DNA of 64,000 nucleotides from the IMG/VR virus record IMGVR_UViG_3300025073_000027, positions 32,001-96,000 of that record, one strand, 5' to 3'. Origin of the DNA: a virus. The translations under genes and the position numbers were made by a program. The first letter of the stretch is position 1, and every line of letters starts with the position of its first letter. The notes under the pieces are model-generated. The model searched no databases, was not told the origin of the DNA, and saw nothing but the letters and a program-made list of their open reading frames with translations. This document shows positions 39,277 through 50,707 of this stretch, piece after piece.

Positions 39277-40744
39277 AAATTTGTGCCTCTTAGTATGGTG
39301 ACATACTAAATAAAGTTGGCTTTTATCGGTGGAAGTCTAGGGATAGATAATACCGAGGACAAGATTTGTTTGTTTGTTTGTTTTATAAAAAATAATGGAT
39401 AAGAATATATGGAAATATTAAAATGTAAAATTTGTGATAAAGAAAAATATGTAAATGAATTTGCTTGGAAATCATCTTATATATGCAAAATGTGTCGATA
39501 TTATATTGTCCATAAAGATTTAATATTATTGAATAATTGGAATAAAGATGAATATGATTTAATATTAGATAAAATATTGTTAAATAGAATAACTACTTTA
39601 GATGAAATACTTCCTTTTTTAAATAATAAAAATATATACGATTTAGTAGATTTACTATCTACTACATTAAAAATTGGTGGAAACCATAGTTTAAGAATTA
39701 AATTAACTTGTAATAACTGTGGAAAATATGTAATTAGATCGATGAATTTTTTATATAAAGGAAATATTTATTGTGACATGGATTGTCGAAATGAATATAA
39801 AAAAAATAATGCCAAAATTGGAAAGGACAATCCTTCGTACAAAAAAATTAAAGTAAATTGTTCTAATTGTGGAATAGAAATTGAAATTATACCTTATGAT
39901 TATAAAAAGGTAAATTCCTTTGGAGATAGTAATAATTTTTGTAGTCAGAATTGCTATTGGGAATTTAGAAAAAAATATTATGTTGGTGAAAAAAGCGGCA
40001 TGTATAATTTTCAACCCACTCAAAAACAAAGAAATACTAGAAGAAAAATTGCTGTTAACCTATATACAAAAGGAATTTTCGCGAATAAGATTACTAAACC
40101 ACATGAGGCAATAAATAATATTTTATCTAAAAATAATATTGATTATGTCAATGAAAAAAATTATAAATATTATTCGGCAGATATATATCTTAACGAATAT
40201 GATTTAATAATTGAAATTATGGGCGATTATTTTCACACTAATCCGATTAAGTATTTAGATATAAATAATTTAAATTCTATGCAATTAAAAAATTTAAGAA
40301 AAGATAAAAGTAAAAGATCATATATAAGAAAATATTACAATATTAATATTTTATATTTATGGGAACAAGATATAAATAATAATATAAATCTCTGTGAACA
40401 ATTAATAAATTTGTATATAAAAGATAAAAATAATTTAAGTGATTATAATAGTTTTAATTATCATTTACTAAACAATAAAATTAATTTAAATGATAAAATT
40501 GTATTACCGTTTTTTATGAAAGCAATAAAAATAAAACAAACAAAACAAACAAAAATCCGTAACGAATAAGTTGTAGCATGGTGACATGCTGCACATGCCA
40601 ACCTCTTACGCAAGTAAGATGAAGATATATTCTGACCACATGTATAATCCAAATAATAAGAAGCATGTGAAGTAAGAAGAAATTCTTACTCGCCGCAATG
40701 TTTTGCGGTCAGTATTGCCTTTGGGCAAGAAAGTAACAGAAGTG
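39277..40744 (+). mobile_element. group I self-splicing intron with internal endonuclease ORF
   Basis: P1 GAGGU/GCCUC with U.G at the 5' splice site; ATCGGTGGAAG...AATACCGAG core; AAGATATATTCTG P7-like segment; GNRA hairpins; terminal G at 40744; splicing restores DVINEVSNTAAINFDDLADG. Confidence 0.9.
39409..40569 (+). CDS. intron-encoded homing endonuclease (Zn fingers plus Vsr-like/EDxHD-type nuclease)
   Basis: CxxC and FCSxxC motifs; ADIY...IIEIMGDYFH, KDKSK, ILYLWE. Confidence 0.8.
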   Translation: MEILKCKICDKEKYVNEFAWKSSYICKMCRYYIVHKDLILLNNWNKDEYDLILDKILLNRITTLDEILPFLNNKNIYDLVDLLSTTLKIGGNHSLRIKLTCNNCGKYVIRSMNFLYKGNIYCDMDCRNEYKKNNAKIGKDNPSYKKIKVNCSNCGIEIEIIPYDYKKVNSFGDSNNFCSQNCYWEFRKKYYVGEKSGMYNFQPTQKQRNTRRKIAVNLYTKGIFANKITKPHEAINNILSKNNIDYVNEKNYKYYSADIYLNEYDLIIEIMGDYFHTNPIKYLDINNLNSMQLKNLRKDKSKRSYIRKYYNINILYLWEQDINNNINLCEQLINLYIKDKNNLSDYNSFNYHLLNNKINLNDKIVLPFFMKAIKIKQTKQTKIRNE

Positions 40745-43700
40745 ATCAAATACAGCGGCAATTAATTTTGATGATCTTGCAGATGGTCTTAGGAGAACAT
40801 CTGGTGTTTTATCTCAAACAGGAACAGGCATTGAAGAACTCAGTGGCTTATTAACAGGTGGTTTTGAGCAACTAAGAGATATCGAAAAAGTCTCTAGTGG
40901 ATTAAATTTCATATCTTTACGCTTAAGGGGCATTGGAGAAGATGGGGAAAAGATTGAAGGATTGATGCCTAAACTTCAAGATGATTTTATGAGACTTGCA
41001 GGTATTAGTATTTTAGATCCAGAAACAAATGGACTTCGAAGTACATACGATATTATATCTGACATGGCTCGAATATTACCAACTTTAGATCCATTATCTA
41101 GAGGATTTTTAATGGAAAAGGCGGCAGGTCAGCGGCAAGTTGCTGTACTTGAGGCAATTATTCAAAACTGGCAAAACGTAGAAAAAGCAACCGAATCAGC
41201 AAAAAATTCTACTGGATCTGCTTTACGAGAAAATGAAAAATATCTCAATAGCATTGAAGGTAAAATGAATAAAATGACAAGTGCTTGGCAACAACTTTCT
41301 AAAAATACTATTGATAGTGATTTTACTAAAACGCTTATCGATGCCGGAACAGAACTAATAAAACTTATTGATAAGTTAGGATTAATAAATACTATTATTG
41401 TAAGTGTTACTGTAGTAGCATTTGCAAAATGGGGTTTAACATTGCCCATAATTACTCAAGGTATTTATTCTTTAGCCACTGCATTAGGTGTAGCTTCTGG
41501 TGCGGCTGTAACTCTTTCTTATGCTTTAACAGGAGGTTTAATTGGTATTGCTATTGTAGGAGCTATAATTGCATTTAAAGCATTAACAAAATCTGCTATA
41601 GATACTTATGAAGCATTTGAAAAATTAAAATCTCAAGCGGAAGCAAATCGAGATGAATTAAAATCTTTAGCAGATGAATATGAATCATTGGCTAATAAAC
41701 AAGAAAAAAATTCTGATGATCTTGTTCGTTTATTAAATATACAATCTTTAGTAAATATAAAGTATGGTGCAGCAAAAGAGGGCATAACTTTATATAGCGA
41801 TGCTATTGATAATAATTCAAAAGCAATACAAAATAATATTGATTGGTTAAAAAGACGCGCAGAATTTGAAGCAAGAGAATTTTTAATTAGAAATAAACGC
41901 ACTATTGAAGAAGCTAAAAAAGGATTAAGTGAATCAATAAGAAGAGATCCTACCGATGTATTTGGATATGAAAGTCCTAAAACTTTATATGAAGAGCGAG
42001 ATTATTTATCTAAAAGACTTGAATTAGAGGGAGATTTATTTGGGCTTACGCAAAGGCGCTTAGATAAAATAAACGATGAAATTTATGCATATGAACAAAT
42101 ATTATTAGTTGCAGAAGAATATAGAAATCTATTAATATTTATTAATGATGTTTCCCCTGATTTTTCTGATGCTGGTGTTCATAATATGTTAAATTCTCTT
42201 GGAATTGTTGGAGAATTAACGGAACAATATAAAGGTTTAACTGATACTCTAAAATCTTTAGGTGAAACCTCCGATATAGTTTATTCTACAATCCGTAAAA
42301 ATGCTGAAGGAACACTTACTTTTGCTGATATTCAAAAACTTGGTGAATCTTATGAAGATTATATTGATATTCTTGAAATAGAGGGTGATCGAGTATCAAT
42401 TAATACTGATAAATTACAAGAATATAATATCGCTAATATTGAAGCATCACTTAGTAAGGCGCAACTTGCTTTAGCTACAGATACAAGCAATGAAAAACTC
42501 CAAAAAGAAGTATTAGTATTAGAAGCATATCTTTCTCAAGCAAAGAAAGCAACAGATCAATCTAGAGATTTTGTAAATAATTTTAATACAATGATTGATA
42601 CTGTAACTGCCAGTATGTCTAAAGAAGAATTATCTGGTGGTTTTGATATATTGAGTAGAAAATTAATTGAAGTAAATGGTCAATTCGAAGATGGTGTAAT
42701 TACAGCTAAAGAATATGCGGATGGGATTAATGATGCTTTAAAGAGTATTGATTTTGATCAAGTATTTAAATCTAAAGATTCTGCTGAAATATTCTTTTCT
42801 GGAATGGTTGCAAATGCGGCACAATCATTAAGTCAAATGAATTCAGAATTTAATGCTGGAAGTATTTTGTTTTCAGAGTACACCGATTCTCTTGTTAGTT
42901 TTGCAGGAGTAATGGATACTATTAGTGGTTTAACTCAAAATCTGGCAGAGGCATTTGGGGATGCTGGTGATATTGTCAGTACAATTGCAGATGAAACTAC
43001 AGGCGGGTTTAGTAGAATTGCTGATGGTATGCGAGAATTGCAAGAATTACAAGAAACAAATGTTTTAATGGAATCTGCTGTAGCACAAATTCGTTCTGCT
43101 GCAATTCAGCAAGGTACAGAAGATTATAATATTTTAATGGATAAGATTGCTGAATCTGCTTGGGCAACTAGTCAAAATTGGGTTGATATGGATGGTCAAG
43201 CATTTACTTCGGCAGAAAATTTAGCAACATATTTAAAGGGTAGCACATCTAATTTCTTTAATTTTGCTAATCAAACTGCGAGTGCTTCGGGTACAGCCAT
43301 TAAAAATATTATGACTGGTGCGGGAACAGTATTAGAAGCATTAGGAAAAGCAATTCAAAATTTTGATGCCAAAATAACTTTTACTCCAAAATTAAAAGGA
43401 CCAGTAGATTTTGCTGCTATTATTGGTGGTAAACCCATTAATGATTGGTTTCAAATGCCAAGTATTGAATTTGATATTACTGGTTCAGGTGGTGAATCTG
43501 TTCAAGGTTTAGGAAAGGCTATTTCTGCCTTTGGTTCAAGTTTAATTCCTAAAAGCCCTGGTGGTGGTTGGAGAGATGCGGGGGCGGGTGTACGAGATGA
43601 TGGTGATCCATTTGGTTTTGATTGGACTATTTATGAAAAAGAATTAAATCAAGTAAGTGGTAATGCTGGTAAAGCCGCTAATGCAGCTAAAGATTTAGAA

Positions 43701-44801
43701 GATGCTCTTGGTGGTGCTGGTAAGGTTGCAAAAGAAGATCAAAAAAGTATTGCCGATTTATTCAATTTGGTTATTGATAAAATCAAACAAGAAAAGAAGG
43801 AACAAAAAGAACTTCTTAAACAACAGCAAGAAACAATAAAAGCACAGCAAGAGGCGTTGAAAGAACAACTTAATGCTTATAAAGACATTATTGATGTTCG
43901 AAAAGCATTATTGGATACTCAAAAAGAAGAATTAAATTATGCTGATGAAATAGCAGATAAGAATAAATCAATTGCTCGTTTACAAGATGAACTTGCTACT
44001 TTGGCATTAGATGATTCTTTGGAATCTCAGGCAAGACAACTTGAATTAAAGAATGAACTTGCTGAACAGATGGAGGATCTTGCACGTACTCAAAGAGATC
44101 ATCAATTTGATGAACAAAAAACTGCATTGGATGCAGAATATGAAACTTATAGAAAATCTATAGAAATTCAAGATGCTCTATTACAACAGCAATATGACGC
44201 AATAGATCTGCAAATAAAAATAATTGAAGAATTTTTATCTAAATCTGGAATAATCGCTCAAGAAGCATTGCGTAGAATCGCAGAACAAGCTCCTGGATTA
44301 TATCAATCATTAATTGATTGGAATTCTGAATATGGAAGTGGCATTGATCGCGATGTTACAGATGCGTGGAACGAAGCATATGAAGCATTATCAAGATATG
44401 TAGATTTAATAGATGCTTTACGTGGTACTAGCGAATATGGCGATGTTCTTCTTAGCACAACATTTCCAACACATCATACCGGATTAGCTTCTGGCCCTGT
44501 TGGTGGAGTTAAAACACCAACAAATGAAGTGTTTTCTAAATTAATGGCTGGAGAAATTATTCTTAATGAAAATGATATGCTTGGAATTATTCGTAGAATT
44601 CCTGAAATAGCTGGTAAATTACAAACTGCTTCTACTCCTATGGGTTTAACAATAGCGGGTAATTTGATTAATATTGAAGGTAATGTAGATGAAAACGTTA
44701 TGGAAGATATAAAGAAAATTGCCGATAAAGTTATGAATCAAATTAATCAATCTCTTTTAAGAAGGGGTTATACAAGAGGAGCGCAATTGTTTCAGTTTTA
44801 G
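40745..44801 (+). CDS. tail tape measure protein, exon 2 (spliced product 1749 aa)
   Basis: In frame with ORF 40962..44801; RSTYDI, AGQRQ, GSALREN, long coiled coil, C-terminal HHTG. Confidence 0.85.
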
Positions 44802-44829
44802 TTTTATATAATTAGATTTTATTTTATTG

Positions 44830-44863
44830 AGGAAAGAGGGATTATTCTAGTCCCTCTTTCTTT
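44830..44863 (+). terminator. terminator-like hairpin
   Basis: GAAAGAGGGATTA-ttc-TAGTCCCTCTTTC followed by TTT. Confidence 0.6.
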
Positions 44864-44895
44864 AATATTTTATAAAGTATTGAAGGAGGTAGCGT

Positions 44896-45690
44896 ATGGG
44901 ATTTTATTCTCGCAGTTTCGTGTATAACAATATCCCAAGCGAACAATTTAATTTAGAAATTGCTAATATTGAAGGTGGAACAAGTTCTAATCCTGGTTCT
45001 GGATCAGTAGATATTATTGAGCAATTTATTTTTCGGCGTAGTGTCCCGTTTTTCTATGGAGTTAAATGGTCTAAGAAGCTTGAATTTCCAGTTTCATTTT
45101 TTTCTCCTGATGAAATTAGTGCAGTTGATATATCTTATATTTCCTCATGGTTATTTGGGCATTTGTCTTATAAAAGACTTGAACTTTCTCAACCGGATAT
45201 GAGTGGAATATATTTAAATTGTATTTTTACAGATCCGAGGATAATACGTGCAGGAAATAATATATTTGGTATTTCAGGTACTTGTGTGGCAGATTCACAA
45301 TTTGCTTGGAAATATCCTGAAACCACCACATATAATTACGGCAGTTCAATTGTTTCAGGTAGTACGATTTTTTATAATAATTCTCATTATCAAGGTTATT
45401 TATATCCAGATATGACAATTACAACTGGTTCTGCCACAGCAGGAATTACTATTGTAAATATGTCTGATGATGATAGAGAATTTGTTTTTACTGAATTGTC
45501 TCCTTATGAAACACTTACTATTAATAATGATTTAGGAATTATTACCAGTTCTTTAGGAACAAGAAGGTTAGCTAATTTTAATAAAAATTTCTTTAGATTT
45601 GTTCCAGGTTTAAATAATTTATCATTTTCGGGAAGTAACATTAATCAAATAACAATGACTTATTCATTTGCCCGAAGAATTGGGGGATAA
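44896..45690 (+). CDS. distal tail protein (Dit)
   Basis: Directly follows the tape measure gene; SWLF, FNKNFFRFVPGLN. Confidence 0.75.
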   Translation: MGFYSRSFVYNNIPSEQFNLEIANIEGGTSSNPGSGSVDIIEQFIFRRSVPFFYGVKWSKKLEFPVSFFSPDEISAVDISYISSWLFGHLSYKRLELSQPDMSGIYLNCIFTDPRIIRAGNNIFGISGTCVADSQFAWKYPETTTYNYGSSIVSGSTIFYNNSHYQGYLYPDMTITTGSATAGITIVNMSDDDREFVFTELSPYETLTINNDLGIITSSLGTRRLANFNKNFFRFVPGLNNLSFSGSNINQITMTYSFARRIGG

Positions 45691-45693
45691 TAT

Positions 45694-47469
45694 ATGGAAA
45701 TTAATTTTAATGTTTTTGATCAAATTGAAAAACCATCCATTTCGCTCTGCAATCCTGAACGCACTCAATTATATTCTTTAAATGCTTGTTATAACACATT
45801 AATGAAACTTAGATGGAATGGTCAATCGGAATTTATATTTACTTATCCTCAACAAGTAGGTGATATAGAATTAGATGCATTTGATTATCTTGAAGGAAAA
45901 AGAGAAATATTAATAGAAGGAATAGGATATTTTCAAATTACAGATGTTCAAGATGATTCAGATGGTACACCCAATATTAAAACAGTAACTTGCTATTCTC
46001 AAGATTCCGAGTTGGTTTATAAAAAGGTATTAAGATTTTCGGGAACATATTCATTTAGCGATTTAATGACAACTATTCTTGAATTAGTTCCCGAATGGTC
46101 TTTAGGAACTATACATGCTGATTTGTTAAGCGTGAGTAGAACTTTTGATATAAGTGATTCAAATGTTTATCAATTTTTAACTAAAGATGTTTCTGCCGCC
46201 TTTGATTGTGTATTTATTTTTGGATATATTGATAAAACAATATCTGCGATTCCTACTAGTTATCCACCGTTAGAAACAGATATATTTTTATCATTTGATA
46301 ATTTAATTAAACATACTGAATATAAAGAAGTAACTAGTGAAATTGCTACTTGCTTATATTGCTATGGAGGCAATGATTTAACAATACGTTATGTTAATCC
46401 GTTAGGTACTAATGCAATTTATGATTTTACATATTATAAAACTACAGATTGGATGTCTCAAGGATTAGTTGATGCTTTAACTATTTGGGAAACTAGTGCA
46501 AGTGCTATTCAAATATCTTATGCTGATTTAGTAGAGAGTTTAAGCACTTATCAAACAGATATGTTAAATTATCAATCGCAATTAGTTGAACTTGAAACTC
46601 AATTGGCGATATATAGAGAATTAAAAATTGTTCAAGAATTACAAGAACTAGATACTACTGTAGTAGATGCTCAAATTGCTCAATGGGAATTATATGTAAT
46701 ACAACAGAATTCATTAATTTCTCAAACTCAAACTACTATAGATGATATAACAAGTCAATTAACTGAGATAAATTCTGATCTTTCTTTTACAAATACAGAT
46801 AATTTCACAGATGATCAATATTTGGAATTAAGCAATTTTATATTTGAAAATATATATCAAAATGATAGTATTTTAATTACTGATTCAATGACTTTTCCAG
46901 AAATACAAGATCAATCTCAATTATTATATGATATGGCATTAGATGTATTAGCAAAAGTATCATTGCCTCGCTATCAAATTACTATTAATTCAGTTAATTT
47001 CTTAGCATTAAAAGAATATGAGCCATTTATTGAACAATTAACTTTGGGAGATCAAATAACTGTTGACAGCGGTAAAGGATATATGATTGATGCTACTTTA
47101 TTAGAAGTAGATTTTAGTTATGATAATCCTGAGGAATTTACAATAATTCTTGGAAATAGACAAAGATTAGGTGATGCAAATTTTGTATTTGCTGATTTAT
47201 TTGGTCAAAGTTTAAGTACATCTTCATATAGTTCAGCAAGTGGAAGCAGTATTGGTGAAACATGGGTAATGGAAGATTTAACTGGACAAATAGGAGTATC
47301 TTTTTATACTGCTCAAACTTATATTGCTGATTCATTAAGAATTTATGTAAATGGTATTTTACAAAGAAAACTATATACATATACGGAAAGTGTTAGTTTA
47401 CAATCTTTTACTATGCTTGATGAAGTATTAACTGATGATACTCTTGTAATTGAATATAGAATAGCTTAA
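45694..47469 (+). CDS. baseplate hub / Tal-like tail protein
   Basis: Follows Dit; FDCVFIF, VNPLGTN.IYDF.YY, LTLGD; coiled-coil insert. Confidence 0.7.
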   Translation: MEINFNVFDQIEKPSISLCNPERTQLYSLNACYNTLMKLRWNGQSEFIFTYPQQVGDIELDAFDYLEGKREILIEGIGYFQITDVQDDSDGTPNIKTVTCYSQDSELVYKKVLRFSGTYSFSDLMTTILELVPEWSLGTIHADLLSVSRTFDISDSNVYQFLTKDVSAAFDCVFIFGYIDKTISAIPTSYPPLETDIFLSFDNLIKHTEYKEVTSEIATCLYCYGGNDLTIRYVNPLGTNAIYDFTYYKTTDWMSQGLVDALTIWETSASAIQISYADLVESLSTYQTDMLNYQSQLVELETQLAIYRELKIVQELQELDTTVVDAQIAQWELYVIQQNSLISQTQTTIDDITSQLTEINSDLSFTNTDNFTDDQYLELSNFIFENIYQNDSILITDSMTFPEIQDQSQLLYDMALDVLAKVSLPRYQITINSVNFLALKEYEPFIEQLTLGDQITVDSGKGYMIDATLLEVDFSYDNPEEFTIILGNRQRLGDANFVFADLFGQSLSTSSYSSASGSSIGETWVMEDLTGQIGVSFYTAQTYIADSLRIYVNGILQRKLYTYTESVSLQSFTMLDEVLTDDTLVIEYRIA

Positions 47470-47488
47470 TAATTAGAAAGGAGGTCGA

Positions 47489-47833
47489 ATGACATATAAT
47501 ACGTCATATTCCACGATCAATTCTTTGGGAGATATTCCTTTCGTTGGTGGAACAACTTATACATTATTTTTTGAATGTAATGATCAAAATGGAGGCGAGG
47601 TAGATTTAAGTGGGGCTACAGCGCGATGGAAAGCCGCTCCTTTTGGAACTTCGTATGCAGTAATTAATAAATCGGGTTCTATAATTTCCACAAATGTATT
47701 TGCTGTATATTTAAGTTCAGCAGATACTATTGCTTTAAGTGGTAAATTTAGTCATCAACCTCAAATTACTTTTGCAGATGGAACAGTTGTAATTCCAGCA
47801 CAAGGAACAGTAACTATAGTTGGAGGTTTATAA
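47489..47833 (+). CDS. baseplate protein (BppU N-terminal-like)
   Basis: VDLSGATARW...V.L...DT..L.G pattern. Confidence 0.55.
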   Translation: MTYNTSYSTINSLGDIPFVGGTTYTLFFECNDQNGGEVDLSGATARWKAAPFGTSYAVINKSGSIISTNVFAVYLSSADTIALSGKFSHQPQITFADGTVVIPAQGTVTIVGGL

Positions 47834-48075
47834 TGCCCGTAACTCCCATTGAAGTAGAAAATACTTTATATATTTATATTGAAAGTAGTGGAAGTAGAGT
47901 TGTTAGAACAGGTTTACTTGGTTATTATGATCCTTTAATGATGACAGATTTATTTAATTTAACACTTGGAGAGCTATCAGTAAGAGATGATACATTACCT
48001 AGTTCAGTAGATGCAATAATTGATGATCTTCCTGCTGGAATAAATGCTCACAAATTTGATTTAATAATAGGATAA
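47833..48075 (+). CDS. small tail protein
   Basis: Coupled to the upstream gene; LG.YD....L...TLGEL. Confidence 0.5.
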   Translation: MPVTPIEVENTLYIYIESSGSRVVRTGLLGYYDPLMMTDLFNLTLGELSVRDDTLPSSVDAIIDDLPAGINAHKFDLIIG

Positions 48076-48080
48076 AAAAT

Positions 48081-48890
48081 ATGGGAAATACTGATAATTT
48101 AAATTTAGAAACTCATGATTTAGGAATAGATACAAATAGGGGTTTTGAAAGTTATCGAATGGGATTAAATGGTTCTGGTTCTATTTGCGATTATCCAGAT
48201 AGTAATATGATGCTTATTTCTGATTGGGCTGGAACTTTACCAATTGCAATGCTTGCATTATTATCTGTTACAAGTGCATCTGTAGCAACAGTAAATACAT
48301 ATGCTACTTCGGCTAGTAGTTCTGCATCTTCTTTATTAGCTGGAATTAATGCTGTAGATAGTAGGTTCGAAATAATAGATGAATTTTCAGGATCAGGACA
48401 AGCGGATTTTGATAGTATATCTCAAGATTATACTCATGTAATTATTATAGGTACTGCTGGTGTTAATCGAGGGGTAGATTTAGCTGATGTTGGATGTGAT
48501 TTCAATGGAGATTCTGGTAGTTCTAATTATGCAACTGTTGAATGGATAAGGTCCGGTTCAGCGGGTGGAAGTGGAGGAAGTTCTGTTGACTTTGCTTCTT
48601 CATCAACTGCTCAAATTTTATTAGGAAATGTTTCTGGTTCTGTAAATAGCGGATATGGAGGTACATTTTTTGCTATTGTTCCATATTATTCTGGATCTAC
48701 GGGTTTTTATAAAACGGCAATGGGCTTTTCTATGAATCATATGAGCGATTGGATGTCATCAATGAAAACGGGTGGTTATTGGCAAAGTGTAGATCCAATT
48801 ACTAGAATTAGAATATTTGGAAGCGATAATACTGCTACACGCTATAATTTTTTAACTGGAACAAAAATTACATTATATGGTTTATTGTAA
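48081..48890 (+). CDS. tail-associated protein paralog A
   Basis: Shares GQADFD.I.Q..TH, CDFNGD, GFYKT and I.RIRIFG with the next gene. Confidence 0.65.
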   Translation: MGNTDNLNLETHDLGIDTNRGFESYRMGLNGSGSICDYPDSNMMLISDWAGTLPIAMLALLSVTSASVATVNTYATSASSSASSLLAGINAVDSRFEIIDEFSGSGQADFDSISQDYTHVIIIGTAGVNRGVDLADVGCDFNGDSGSSNYATVEWIRSGSAGGSGGSSVDFASSSTAQILLGNVSGSVNSGYGGTFFAIVPYYSGSTGFYKTAMGFSMNHMSDWMSSMKTGGYWQSVDPITRIRIFGSDNTATRYNFLTGTKITLYGLL

Positions 48891-48901
48891 AGGAATAATA
48901 T

Positions 48902-49684
48902 ATGACTACTGAAAGCGTAAATTTAAATTTAACACTGTATGACAATGATGGCGATCAATCTGGAAGTTTTATAACATGGGTACAAGATATGAGCGGTTCT
49001 AGCAATAGTAATATGACCAAAATTGATGATTATGCTGGAAATATGAGCGGTTCACTCACAGGTATATCTACTTCTGTTAGTGGTTCAATGGTAAATATAT
49101 CTGGATCTATGGCATCAATTAGTGGTTCTTTAGTTACACTTACTGCAAGTTTAGCAGAATTACAATTAAGATTACAAAAAATAGATGAATTTAGTGATGC
49201 TGGTCAAGCTGATTTTGATGATATTCCTCAAACATTTACACATCTTGTTATTATGGGAGTAGTTAATGTCAATCTAGTATATAATAGCAATGGTTTTGGA
49301 TGTGATTTTAATGGCGATGCCAATTCTGCTCATTATAATAATGTTACATGGATAAGATATAATACTCCCCCAACTGAATCATTTTCAGAAGATCTTACGG
49401 GAGAATTATTTTTAGGTAGTGCGCCAGGTAATACTAATTTACAATATGGTACACCTGTCCTTGCCATTATTCCTAATTATTCAGCAAGTGGAGGATTTTA
49501 TAAAACTGGAATGAGTTTTACTACTTATCATCTTGGAGGAACATATATAGTATCCTCAACACAAGGAGGAGTATGGAAAAGTACGGCGGCAATTAATAGG
49601 ATTAGAATATTTGGATTATGGGCTGGTTCTACTCGATACGATTTTTCTGAGGGAACAAAATTATCGCTTTATGGTTTTGGTTAA
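48902..49684 (+). CDS. tail-associated protein paralog B
   Basis: Same shared C-terminal domain; N-terminal SGS heptad-like repeats. Confidence 0.65.
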   Translation: MTTESVNLNLTLYDNDGDQSGSFITWVQDMSGSSNSNMTKIDDYAGNMSGSLTGISTSVSGSMVNISGSMASISGSLVTLTASLAELQLRLQKIDEFSDAGQADFDDIPQTFTHLVIMGVVNVNLVYNSNGFGCDFNGDANSAHYNNVTWIRYNTPPTESFSEDLTGELFLGSAPGNTNLQYGTPVLAIIPNYSASGGFYKTGMSFTTYHLGGTYIVSSTQGGVWKSTAAINRIRIFGLWAGSTRYDFSEGTKLSLYGFG

Positions 49685-49760
49685 ATAATAAAATTATAAT
49701 TTATAAAATTATATATAATTTACAAATTTATAAATAATAAAATAATAATAAGGAGAAATA

Positions 49761-50699
49761 ATGTCCGAAGTAATTGAAAATTTAGTAGGAACTGAACGAC
49801 CTTTATGGCGAGATTATTCATATTATCAACAACTGGTAAATTTTGATAAAGCGAAAGAAATTGGTGTTCAAGGAATGGCTGCTAGAGCAACTATTTCTTG
49901 GGGATATCAAGATTCTTGGTTTCCTAGAAATTGGGAAGAATCTAAACGAGTTAATATGTTTAGAACATCTTATCATGTTTTATATCCCGAAGAAGATATT
50001 TTAAGACAATTAGATAATTGGTATAAAGTTCATCCTCATATTGATATTATTCCGAGGGTTATAGATCTTGAATTAGAACACGATCAAACACCAAATAAAA
50101 TTGCTGATGTAACTTGGAGAATGTCAGAAATTATATTTTCCAGAGATGGAATTAGGCCTATTATTTATTCTAGATATTTACTTATCAATAAATGGTTAGT
50201 ATCTTGGACAACTGAAATGCTTAATATGCATTTTTGGTGGTTAGCACAATATTTATATGATCGCACTATTGAACATTCTGGACCTCCAACCCCTCCATTA
50301 AGAGTAAATCCAGAAAGAATAATTTTACATCAAACTGCCGATAAAAAATTATCTATTGGTGAAACTATAGGAGCAGTAGATTATGATCGTTGGTGTATTG
50401 GTAATATTTTAAATCAAAATAACTTTATTGATAGAGAGTGGATAAAAAAAAACGAATCTTCCTCCCTACCATCTTTAGATGAAACATCACAAGTTAAAAG
50501 TTTATTTAATAATTTAAGAGTAAGAAAAATTCCAAATAATACAACTAGTTCGTCTACAATAGTGGAATATTTATCTGAAAATGAAATAGTAGATGTTATT
50601 GAAGAAAAACAATTTGGAGATAATATTTGGCTTAGAATAGGTTATAAGCAATGGATTGCTAAAAAACATCTTGGCACTTATTATGTTGATGAAGTTTAA
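49761..50699 (+). CDS. endolysin: GH25 muramidase with C-terminal SH3b-like domain
   Basis: DYSYYQ, IDLE, PIIYS, WLAQY, HQT, VDYD; LRVR...WLRIG...WI. Confidence 0.85.
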   Translation: MSEVIENLVGTERPLWRDYSYYQQLVNFDKAKEIGVQGMAARATISWGYQDSWFPRNWEESKRVNMFRTSYHVLYPEEDILRQLDNWYKVHPHIDIIPRVIDLELEHDQTPNKIADVTWRMSEIIFSRDGIRPIIYSRYLLINKWLVSWTTEMLNMHFWWLAQYLYDRTIEHSGPPTPPLRVNPERIILHQTADKKLSIGETIGAVDYDRWCIGNILNQNNFIDREWIKKNESSSLPSLDETSQVKSLFNNLRVRKIPNNTTSSSTIVEYLSENEIVDVIEEKQFGDNIWLRIGYKQWIAKKHLGTYYVDEV

Positions 50700-50707
50700 G
50701 ATGTTGT

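Noticed and set aside
39277-39301. Tape measure gene as a pseudogene or frameshift
   Set aside because: Group I intron features and exact in-frame rejoining explain the break
2150-47380. Many short antisense or alternate-frame ORFs in the track (e.g. 5096-5401, 5408-5887, 11554-11958, 17723-18190, 24152-25229, 41162-41902)
   Set aside because: They overlap well-supported genes, lack SDs and look like shadow ORFs
49688-49705. Possible ATAAAA-N6-TTTTAT copy before the endolysin
   Set aside because: Right arm reads TTTATA and the region is almost entirely A/T
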